Assembly (NCBI GenBank): GCA_001687465.1
Contig: LVLI01000194.1
Location: 310,001-345,631 of the forward strand
Direction: 5' to 3'
Origin: Halocafeteria seosinensis
Taxonomy: Eukaryota
Length of the DNA: 35,631 nucleotides
Shown here: piece after piece, positions 12,354-22,951 of the stretch
Layout: every line of letters begins with the position of its first letter
Position numbering within the stretch: the first letter of the stretch is position 1
Made by a program: the position numbers and the translations under genes
Notes under the pieces: generated by a model
Databases searched by the model: none
What the model saw: only the letters and a program-made list of their open reading frames with translations
Told to the model about the DNA's origin: nothing

Positions 12354-13050
12354 TGTTTTCGATGCTTCTACGTATCAAACCGGATGCACACAGACAAACA
12401 TTGGATATACAACATGCAAACCAATTTGTTTTGGAAATAAACCGGTATGTAACGAGATAATGGCAAAGAATGGTCCTGGGCACGGTGAGCTAGGGCCGAA
12501 GGGGACCTGGGCAGGGTGGCAACGCCGCCCCGAGGCATTATCCACGAATTCTTGGAAGAGAGAGAGGCAAAGGGGACTCGCTAGCATATGTAGGTGCTGT
12601 GGCAAGTACTGCTGCGATAAGTAATGAGCGAAACATGAGACTACAACACTTCATTAATCTGTAGTGTATATCTTCGCCTTATCCGATACTAAGTAAGTCC
12701 TGGGTTCATCGTGATTTTGTGGTGACATCATCATGCAACAACCTTCCAAGAACCTAGGCATGAATTGCACACGAACTGTACCCGTTGCGGTGTGCCGCCA
12801 TACTCTTAATTTTATCCCCAAGCTGCAATTCGGTTCGCTACCTCTAGAAAACTCATTACGGTAATGCTGCATCCCTACAAGTGCTCTTCACTTCGTCGCC
12901 ATGAAGATCCGTCTTATACCGGCTTCGGACCTACTAACTTGTTAGTCAACACCCATGATGTTTCTTGATCTTCCAGTCGTCAGTCTCATGTTACAAGCAC
13001 AGATCTTCCACCATGGGCTAAATTCAATGCCGTAGTACACCCGTACTAAT

Positions 13051-16000
13051 TCATTCATTAACGGGCTCCGATGCTGCCGGTAGCAGTTTCACCACATCTT
13101 TCAATATCTGTTCAGTACTCATGCTACGAGCCATTATAGCTTTCGATACTTTCGTCCACATATGACCATAGCGAGGACTAGCGTCATTACACCGCTTTAT
13201 AACTTCTTGTTGCTGCTCTTCTGTGCCATGCTCCAACTCGAACTTGTAGAACCACGCCCAAGAATCGCCAATGTCGGGATCCAATGCAACAGCTCGATTC
13301 ATCCACCTGCGGACCTTGTCATATCGCCGTTCGCGCCAAAAGAATCGCGCTACCTGTACAATTACGTGTGGGTCAGAGTCCAGTTTCTTTACTGCATCCT
13401 GTGACGCGCGCTTTTGACCCGACTTTGGTTGTCGAGCAATGTGTTCTGCCCAAATCAGGCCAGAGTTCGGACAAGCCTGTAGGGCTTTGGCCACAGTGTT
13501 TTCCACGAGTTTCTCGTTACCCGCCCTTGCTTCTAACCGAATCGCTTCGACCCACAGTTCGGGCTCACCAGGGTTCTCTTCTCTGCCACGCTCTAGAACA
13601 GAGCGTGCTTTAGTCACCGAAGTTGATTTTTCTTCCAGCCTTGCCGACAAGATCCATAGCGGAATACTATGAGGACATTTCTTCAAAGCCTGCTGATACG
13701 TTTTTCTTGCTTTGTCTGTCTCGTTATTGCGATTAAAATACTGGCCAAGCATCATCCAGAGCTTGTCGAAATCAGGGTACGACCGGAGTCCTTCCTCTAG
13801 GAGTTCCTTCTCTTTCACCGGATTCGATCCTGGACGATTAGAGTAGGCAGCCTCCCGTTCCAGAAGGGCATACTTCATCCAGACTCTAGGGGTTGGACAC
13901 GTTTCCGTGCCAAACTTGAGGAATTCGCGAGCCAATTTATCATTATTATTCTCCCACTCAAGCTTCACACAGGCAAGCAAAATTTCTTCCGACTTGGGAT
14001 TGTGACTGGATGCATCTTTCAAGATTTGCCTTGCTTTCTCCACATCTCCTTGAGTAACCCACTTTTCCTTTGCCGCCATAAGCCATAGTACTTCGGCTTT
14101 TGGACAATATTTTACCGCATTATTCAAAATACGTTCAAGCTCTTCATGGTTCCCGTGCTTTTTCTCCAAACTGGCTGCTTTCAACCATACTTTCTTCCTA
14201 TCATAGTAGTATTCAAGCATATGTGCATAAGTCGCACGGGCACATTGAATGTATCCTTTCTCTTCAAACGATTCTGCATCTTCCAGCCATGTACGACGCC
14301 GGTCTTCAGGCTCAACACCCATCCCGATGGTAAAACGAATGATGGCGGAGCATGTTAGCATATGATTAGCCTTCTCTGCCTGTTCCGCATGCTCTAGCCA
14401 GGTAGATCTATCAACAATAACTTGCTGCTCCTTGAGTGCTCCAACCGCTTTCTTGATAATTTTGTCTACGTTGCCCGAATTGCCTTGAGCTTCCTCTAAC
14501 TTGGCAGCAGCAATCCAAATAGATGGCTCAGTAGGATTGGCCTTTCTCGCTTCATTCAGTACCTTTCGGGCATTCTCGTACGTCTCAAGTCGCGCCAACG
14601 CCAGCCAAAGCTCCACACTCTTGGGCACACATTCTACAGCCCGTTGAAGCATAATACGAGCGTCTTCTTCCTCTTCAAGCTCAACCGCCGCTTTCCATAG
14701 TCGGACACTATGAGGCACACACTCTAATCCTCGTCGTAAAACAGCCTTCTTGTTCTGCTTAGTTTCCTCTAGGTCAGCCGCCTTAAGCCAAATCTTAACG
14801 CTGTGGGGAATTTTCTTAACAGCGTTCGCCAAAATTTTGCGGGCATCATCAGGCGAATATAGCCGGGCTGCCTCTAACCAGATATCTTCATCCGTGGGAC
14901 AGTACTCACACCCTTGCTTAATTATTTTGCGCGCGGCGGGAAGCTTCTTAGCTGCTTCTTCAAAGCGACAAGCCGCGATCCACGCTGGAGCATGCTTTGG
15001 ATTTGTCGAAGTAAGAGATTTCATCAACAGCCTACCCTTCTTAATATCTCTGCACACGATCAAATAAGGTAAACAGGCTTAGTGATGCATTGCAATGTCC
15101 TTGGAAAATCTCCACAAAAAAGACGTACGTATCATCAATGTCGGGCGCATCGGAATTAAGTCCCTGTAAGTTGGTCAAATACCCCGTCGGGTCGACCACC
15201 GTCTGACCACTAACGCTATCGCTCATACGGTCCAATCGCAAACCTAAAACTTGTCCTCTAGCTTCAGAAAAACCCTGCGCGTAATTAAGTATATATCGGA
15301 TATATTGCCTGGACGAAATACTGCGACAGTGGTAGGATATGTCACTTACAGAAATATCGGTAACGTTGCCGCCGGTACTTGCCTCGCCGCTGCCAGTGCT
15401 CGTCGCGGCACCTGGTTGGTTGCCGTCAATTTGAGTTGTATGACTAGAACCTTTCCTCATTTCTATAACATTATCAGGAACTGGCATATGACGCTGGTTC
15501 TGATTCTGTTGCTTGTACTTCAAACTGTGGTCACCAGTTTCAGGAATAGCCTCCCATTCTTCTTGGCTAACTTTAGCTGTGTTAAATCAAACCATTACAA
15601 ATATTGACAAGCATAACAAGATGATTTAACACCAGTGCATAACTAACCTAGATCATCCTTAACGTCGGCAAATTGATCCGCAATTCGCGGTACTTTCGCT
15701 CGTTCTTCTTTCATGCGTTCTTTCTCTTTCTCTTCACTGCGGATCAAACAAGCATAAACGTCACCATAAAAGAGGGATTCCAACAAGGGCCAAAAGGAAG
15801 TAGGTGTATTTACCGTCTTCGTTTCCTTCGTTGGTCCATGTATTCGTCCACCGCTTGGTATATGCGGTCTGCTTCAGCATCATCTGCTTCGTACCTGTAG
15901 ACAAAGCGTGAATGGTTTTTACAGTAACCATAACAATACTATTTTTCCAGAGATAGGCGGGTTCGAAGCACTAACGGTGTATCACTGAAGAGTTTCTCGC

Positions 16001-16445
16001 CTCCGTAACCTCCCCATTGGTCAAAGTTGGATTCCGACATATCAACAGGACCTCCAGAACTTGCTGACGCCGAATTATTGCCACCCGCGGCAGCGCCACC
16101 AGCGGGTTTTGCACCAGAAGCCATCGATCCAATGTCCGACCGTGTAGTGAATCCGACAGCGCCTCTCCCGAGGCCTGGAATGTAGCCAGGCTGCAAACAC
16201 CAAAATGTCACAAATTTCAACCCAGCAATTGCCAATTCCGAAGTGGCAGAAATAACAAAAAAGGTTTCCAGGGGAATAAACAGGGGAGACACAACCACCC
16301 CTTTATTTTAGTCCCCAAGAGCATAATGAATCTAAGTTCCCATAGTGAACTGTTTTATCGAATCATAAAGACTGCACAAGCATCGACTTACAGGTGGCTT
16401 CATTTTATTCCAGTCCTTGGGACCTTTAACATTGACTCCCATCAT
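13051..16445 (-). CDS. PRP6: Pre-mRNA splicing factor Prp6 (U4/U6.U5 tri-snRNP, HAT/TPR repeats)
   Basis: N-terminal [71 protein letters not shown], then HAT repeats. Exons 16445-16392, 16190-15976, 15894-15814, 15736-15648, 15576-15350, 15274-15129 and 15049-13051. Confidence 0.97.
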
Positions 16446-16795
16446 TTTTCTCGTGCTAAATTCCTCTTCTTAGATTGCTCAATGTACCAACCTCACTGCC
16501 AACGCACAGTACGACACAGGCGCGCAGTGTCTCTTGCCGTCTAATACGGAACCAATAGGAAACGACATGAACACATGGCTATCAGCTTGCTTTGGGGCAA
16601 GCATTTCCCTTCCTCTCCGTTCTACCAAGCAATCATTTCGTCGCCTTAAAACTCGAGATTTGAAAGCCACTGGCTGGTATGGTATCTTTGAAGCCTTCCA
16701 GCTCATGATATACGGTGTGTTCTGGATCGATTTCTTGCGCAAAGGATCGGTATTTGGGTGGATTGAACATAGAGTGGAAGATCTAGCTAGCTAAA

Positions 16796-19628
16796 ATGAG
16801 CGTGGAGGTATCATCGGAGGATCAAGGCCTGGACCTGGAACCCATCCAATATGTACGTACCATTGAACTGTCGCTTGTTTGAGGCTATGTGTGTCCTTTT
16901 CATGCAAAAAAAATATATATACATAATGTGTATATGTTTTCTTATGCTGCAGCTCTACTTGAAAGGCGGTGAATTATTGCATGGAATCCCTCAGGAGGAC
17001 TCCAAAACTTCAGGACAGACACAGTTACAGTCCCAGACAGGCCATCATGGCCGTCAGACAGCCGCAAATAGTAATACTAGTATTACCTCAATATCTCAGC
17101 AATATAGGAGTCTCATCGCTGAGGTGGTCCAGCAGCTGGAGGACATGGGGGATGCTGAAGACGAGAATTCTGAACGAGCAACGAGGCATTGTGCATACTT
17201 GCAGGTGTCCTTGTCTGTATGGCATTTAATGGAGATCTTTATAATTCGACCAGCTGAAGAACGTTCTCGCCGACGCACAAAAGACCCGTCGACAGATGTT
17301 TTCACCACGATCAGATTCGCTGAATGGTTGAACGAACTTTGCGTACCAACGGTAGATGAAACAGAAGTGAACGAGGTCCTTGTGAAGATCCGAAATGGTC
17401 AATACCCCCCGCCTGACATTTGGAGAAGTGTTGCACACTTGCTCTCGAATGCTCAGATAGTAGAAGCGGCGAATATCCTGAAAGCCAGCTCGTCGTTAAT
17501 GTATTCTGAGAAGTTGCGCTCTGTAGTAGACGTCCTGCAGAGATTTCCGCTGGTAAGCTCTACCGATATGCCCAGTCCCCCGCAGTACGAAGACAACTGG
17601 AGAGAGTGGTTCTTAGCTACTCGGGCACTACGCCGGAGCATTACACCTGATATGTTTTACCAATTCAAAGTCTTAGAGCCGTTGTTTGATCTCTTTGACG
17701 GAGAAAATGTAGTTGATGCGCTCACGCGACTGAAGCTTATTGCAAGTAAGATGACACCGGCAATGAGCGAGGAACAATTTACAGAAGCTCCCAGCTCGGA
17801 GGACGCTGAAGTTGGTTGGATGAACGTTGCCATATGCTCTTTATTTTTCAAGCAGCCCATTACCCAGGTATCGGTCAATTCCTTGGATAACTTGTTTTGG
17901 GAGTGCATTCATGCAACTGGCGCCGATCCGAACGATTGGATCTTTCGATGCTTTTCCGGATGTCTTAGGGGCGAGGATACTGGACCTCTACGTATTTTGC
18001 TAGACGAGGAACAGCGTTGGGTCGTTGCCCATCTCCTGGAGGTCCTTCACTGGCTAGGTTGCGCTCAAACACACAGGAAATTAGACCATCCTACCTGGGG
18101 AGCTCGCTTAAACCGTGGATTGCTGCTCGATGTTGCGATTGATCTTCTTTCGATGCCTCATCGTACAAGACAACAAGAGGATGATACGGAATTGGGTGCA
18201 GAAGACGTCGAGTTAAGCCCGCTTTTGCGTGTGCCAGCACTGTACGCCAAGTATGTCAGCCGCGAAATGGGGGATATGTTGTACTTCCAACTTCTTCCGT
18301 CTAAACTGCCGTACTTAAGTGACGACGAGTGTCAGTTGCTACATGAGTTTCTGGTCCAGCACAACTTTGAAGGGGCCAAGGAACTGCTCGTTCATCTAAA
18401 ATTGCGCAAGGCGTTTACATCACTTTATCGAAGACGGCTCGAGTCAACTCAAGGAAAATATAGTTACCACAGATGGATCGCAGATCCTGGCTTGACGATA
18501 GCACAATACGAGGAAATTTTGAGGTGGGGAAATCTTTCGAATAAGCCATGGCTACTTGAACTTGGCCTACTGTTGTTCCAGTTTTGTTCTTATCTGGTTG
18601 AGAATTTATCTTCCTACAAGGCAGATGACATATGGTTTCTCGTAAATGCATTTAGGAACGTAGAAATTACTCGATCGGAAGAGACAGAAAAGCTAGAGAA
18701 GGCCCAGTGCCTGCTTTGGGCTACTGGCTTGATTGCGTACATTAAAGAAACGAACGAGTACATACGAATCCGACAGTCGAGCAGGGGAGAAAATGAGACG
18801 GTCCCTGCCGATGAAGGCATCGAGGCCCAACAAGCGCTAGTGAATAAGTTTTGTTTTGAGCTATGCTGTATATTACACGATGCATTCCTTGGAAGTGGAA
18901 GGAACGGAATCAAGAGTGGGTCTGCGGACGGAATCCCCGTTGGGCTGCCTTCTCTACCGGCTATTCGGAATGAGCTGTTCCCAACAATGGGTGCTCAAAT
19001 AATGAGTAACGGCTCACATGGATATGCGCCAGTATCTCCGTTCCTCAGGAACTGCTTTAATTTCGATATTGCAATTAAACTCCTAGGCTTGGCTTGTGAA
19101 TATGGTGCATTTAATCCCCGTAATTGTGTTTGCACCGCTCACCTAGTATCGGGATTCCTCAACATTTTGCAACAGCTCAAACTTAGAGTTTCTGGTTTAC
19201 AGCCGTCAATGAAGTTGCAAATTGAAGAAATCCAGGATGTCCTACGAAAATACTATCCCTATGCCGTGCTGCATGAGACCGGAAACAAGCAGGGTATGAC
19301 GAACCCCTTTGAAGTGGTACAGCTTGCAGCTGCGGATGCGCCTGAATCTCCCAGCCAGACTCAACCCTCACATACTCCGCACCGAGCAGTACCAGTCACA
19401 TCCTCTCGATTTACTCGGACTCCTTCGTCCGCAGCTACAAGGGGGATAGCAACTAGTAAGAGACCTCCCGCCGCTGGTCCGGACGACACCCTCCCAAGCC
19501 CTCCAGCGTTTGCCGCTACGCCAGAACGGCAGTCCACTTCTGTTTCGAAAGATCGCGGAACATTGACTGAACAACTAAATCGACTACAAACACCCCCTTC
19601 TTTGTTTTCAAGAGGATACATGTCCTGA
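16796..19628 (+). CDS. NUP85: Nucleoporin Nup85-like (Y-complex) with S/T/P-rich C-terminal tail
   Basis: Exons 16796-16852 and 16953-19628. Nup85-like pattern SISQQYRSLI...VWHLMEIFII...FAEWLNE...IWRSVAHLLSNAQIVEAANIL...LQRFP...WREW...WVVAHLLEVL. Confidence 0.7.
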
Positions 19629-19653
19629 GGAAGAGCTTCCTCACACCCGGCGG

Positions 19654-20658
19654 TTATTCCTCCATGTCTTGGATAATGGGCTGGAGTACTTCCCTGAACA
19701 GTTGCTCAGGGCTCTCCACATGTATCCAATGTCCGGAGTCAACAATATGAAACCAACTCTGTCCATCCACGACGTCTGCAAAATTATCATCCGGAGCTGT
19801 AAGTCCCAAACGCGATATAACTGACGGATTTGACGCATATCGGGAGGCTGAGATTAGATCCTGGCGAACCTGATCGTCGTACCAGCGACTACTTCGACTG
19901 GCCATGACAAGGTTCAGACACGTAGACGCCGGAGGATTGCAGATGATACCCCACTTGTTGCTTCGCATATGAGATTCGTATAGCTCCTTGACTGTAGTGA
20001 TATCAAACACCCATTCGAATGTGCCTTTTCGTTGATCATTTTTGATGTTAGTTGTCATCCAATTGGCAACCTCCCGACTGAATCCACGCTTCAAGCACTT
20101 TCGGACTACAGCGTCTCTGCTCTGCAAGGGGTACTCTATATTCTCCACGAAATCAACTATTTTTAATACACTATCTTGGTCGTTGTCGTTGGCCCGCTGG
20201 TCCCATGTCCCCGGCACAGTATCCAGGGCGAACGCCGCTAAGCGGTTCCCGGTTCGGAAGCTATCGTCTCCTGGTTGACTGAGCTCGTTTCGCAGCTGCT
20301 CTACAATCGAGAGGACGACTTTCCCTCCCAGAGAATGCCCAATCAACGCGGCGGGAGAAGATGCTACCTCCTCGAACAGCTCGATCACTTGTGAAGCTGC
20401 TGATTCCACCGTCACGGGTTTACGATGTACAGGATGAGATTCTCCATGCCCAGGTAAGTCCACTAAGACAAACTGCCAGTCGGGCAAGCGCTTGCTCCAC
20501 TGCCGCGCCAGCGTCAGCCAATTTCGACTACTCCCTAGAAGACCATGAATGACGTACGCCGTCTTCAGATGGGGACTTAACGTGTCCAAGTACTGAACAG
20601 TAGGTGAATGTGAGCTGGAATTGGGTGCTGCACGAACAATGCGGCGAGCCAATGACAT
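19654..20658 (-). CDS. ABHD11: Alpha/beta hydrolase, ABHD11/YbfF esterase-like, probably mitochondrial
   Basis: IHGLLGSSRNW, VDLPGHGES, nucleophile motif GHSLGGK and the catalytic His in SGHWIHVESP. Likely start MSLARRIVRAA (Arg/Ser-rich transit-peptide-like) at 20658; the track's upstream start at 20724 is non-ATG. Confidence 0.88.
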   Translation of the reverse strand: MSLARRIVRAAPNSSSHSPTVQYLDTLSPHLKTAYVIHGLLGSSRNWLTLARQWSKRLPDWQFVLVDLPGHGESHPVHRKPVTVESAASQVIELFEEVASSPAALIGHSLGGKVVLSIVEQLRNELSQPGDDSFRTGNRLAAFALDTVPGTWDQRANDNDQDSVLKIVDFVENIEYPLQSRDAVVRKCLKRGFSREVANWMTTNIKNDQRKGTFEWVFDITTVKELYESHMRSNKWGIICNPPASTCLNLVMASRSSRWYDDQVRQDLISASRYASNPSVISRLGLTAPDDNFADVVDGQSWFHIVDSGHWIHVESPEQLFREVLQPIIQDMEE

Positions 20659-21160
20659 GTTATATTGTGACTTGTCTTCCTTGACGATTATTACGAATGC
20701 CGCATAATGCTGGTACACTGACAATTCTGGCTGAATGGGGCACTGTTAGTTGCCCAGTTGGTACCCCGGTAATGCCAACTTCTCGAAGATGTTCACAACG
20801 AAGTGGTAAAGTATACCATCCAACTTGCGCATGATGTACTATACAGAATGAGAATTCCTTCGGAAACAGTGTGACAGTTGCGGGGCTAGTATCATTGATC
20901 ATTTGATTCATTTCTCGACGACTGTACAAAGTTGTACAGAATTCAAAAATGTGGAAGAGTCAACGCGCTGCATGATGTGCAAACACCGGAAACTAACGGA
21001 ACGTATCTCCTGGTACTCACCAAAAAGCACCTGCCATGTGTAAGCGTGTGTTCAATGCCCTTACTGACCCGCAACTCAGGTGTCATGGAAGCACTCTGAC
21101 AGTGCTTCATGCTGTATCAACAATCATCCAGCATAAAAACTCATGCCCCTGAATATCACC

Positions 21161-21317
21161 CTTGCAGACTGCAAACATTTACGTCATTGAGTGAATGTGT
21201 TAGGGCATGAAAGTTTTCGTTATGTCTCCACAGATGATCCTTGTAGACTGCAAATATTTGCGTCATTGAGTAAACGTGTTAGGGCATGAAAGTTTTCGTT
21301 TGGCTCCACAGATGATC
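21161..21317. repeat. Two-copy ~79-bp tandem repeat
   Basis: Units 21161-21239 and 21240-21317 share cttg(c/t)agactgcaaa(c/t)attt(a/g)cgtcattgagt(g/a)aa(t/c)gtgttagggcatgaaagttttcgtt...ctccacagatgatc. Most differences are transitions. Confidence 0.95.
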
Positions 21318-21509
21318 AGAACTATAAGGGACTCGCAAACAGTGTACCTCCGTGCCATACCGCTTACTTGGAGTGCGAATATATCGTGAAACGCCACTGC
21401 CCGACAAGATCAAAAGATCAGAGTCGAGACCGGAACCTATTTGATTGGGAATTTCTCTATATGTTCGCTTCTGCCGCCGAATCAAACCGGTGTCACTGGT
21501 CGATTCTCT

Positions 21510-22289
21510 CTACTCTACCTCCGAGAAGAGATCAGTGTTGGCCATGATATCGTCTACGGATTCTTCCGCTTCATGTTTCTTTTGCCTCTGTTGCTGTTTT
21601 CTGCGGTCTTTTTCACTGCGTTTCGTAAAGTCGTACCGGATCTGTTGTCGAGGATATTTTTCAGTCTCTAGATTCTTGGGAGCTTCCGTGAAATTCGCCC
21701 ACTTCGAAAACTCGTACAAGATGACAGTTCCAGCCATTGCTACATTCAAGCTTTCAATTCCCAATGAATACTGCGGTATATAAACGAAATAATCGCAAAT
21801 TGCTTTGGCCGTATCAGACATTCCAGAGCCTTCATTTCCGAGAACAAAAGCGCAAGGACCATGGAATGGAGCATGTGTAATGGGCTTCGCATTGGCTACG
21901 ATTTCCACTCCGACGATGGAGGTTCCTTTGCCATGGAGGTACTCTTGGACTTCTGGGCAGGATCGGAAATCGGTATTGATCCTCAAGAAATGCTTTGTTC
22001 TGCCGCAGTCAACGAAAATAGGCATAAAACATGGAAAAGACATGTCGCTTGGCTTCCCGTCTTACCCTTGATCCCCAAACATTCTTAAATTAGGACATCC
22101 GACAATGATTAATTCCGTAGCTCCAAAGGCAACAGCGGACCGTACTAACATTCCGATGTTATTCTTCTTGCTCTGATTGTATATCACAAGGTAGCATTCG
22201 GGTTTACCCTCCGTACATGGATTCCCAGGTACATCGCCGGTCGCTACCGTCGCAGTCGCCTCGAATTCCTCTTCCATGTTGGCTGCCAT
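21510..22289 (-). CDS. SpoU/TrmH-family (SPOUT) RNA 2'-O-methyltransferase
   Basis: Exons 22289-22066 and 21999-21510. SPOUT motifs NIGMLVRSAVAFGA, FVLGNEGSG and VYIPQYSLGIESLNVAMAG. Confidence 0.92.
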
Positions 22290-22951
22290 TTCCGCTTTCC
22301 CTCCGGACCGCCCCTTTCACAAGCAGTTCCTACTTAAGTTGCCGGCCTCAAATCCAATGCAAGGGTCATCAATGCACCTGTACTATCAGTGAATATCCCC
22401 GTGAGTCAATTTCCACCACCCTTGTGAACATGGTTTCCGCATCTTGAGGTTTGGGGCCGAACGCGCTCAGCGGTTTACGTGGCCGTTTGCCCCTCGGCCA
22501 GCCCGAGAAAGCGCCCCTGGCTCAGCGCACCATGGACTTTATGCTACCAGTTTTGAGTATTGTTGGACAACATTTTACGAGTGATACCGGAAGAGTTAAC
22601 CTAATAGGACTACGGCCTCTTGCTAGGATACCAGGACTTGTGGAATTAGGAAATTGACAACCTAATTCCTTCACTGAAGTACACCAAGCCACACTGGATA
22701 CTTCGACTTTATATTTTTAATCGTGGGACGGATATTTAGACCATATTGGTATAGCATTGAAAAGTAAGTAGAAAGGGGTCTTTAGAGGATCCTGCGATCA
22801 TTTGCAGCTCAATCGTGGAAGTCGACGTATACAGAAAAAAGGAAAACTGGCTACTTTTTGATTTGAGAGATACGCCTGACTGAATCCCTGTAACAACTAT
22901 GGAGTCAAGCCTCGATAGATTGAGAATGAAAGCTAGGAACTGAAGAGCATA

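Noticed and set aside
16191..16391. U1 or U5 snRNA in the Prp6 intron
   Set aside because: There is an Sm-like site, but the U1 5' ACUUACCUG and the U5 loop GCCUUUUAC are absent.
21161..21317. CRISPR-like array
   Set aside because: Only two abutting ~79-bp units with no spacers, no cas genes, and a eukaryotic context.
22000..22065. Programmed frameshift between the two SpoU ORFs (and similar ORF breaks in CobW, TMEM115, Prp6 and the dehydratase)
   Set aside because: Every break is resolved by a canonical GT-AG intron that restores the frame.
22643..22668. Inverted repeat gaattagg-N10-cctaattc in the divergent promoter
   Set aside because: A single 8-bp stem is plausible by chance, with no supporting context.
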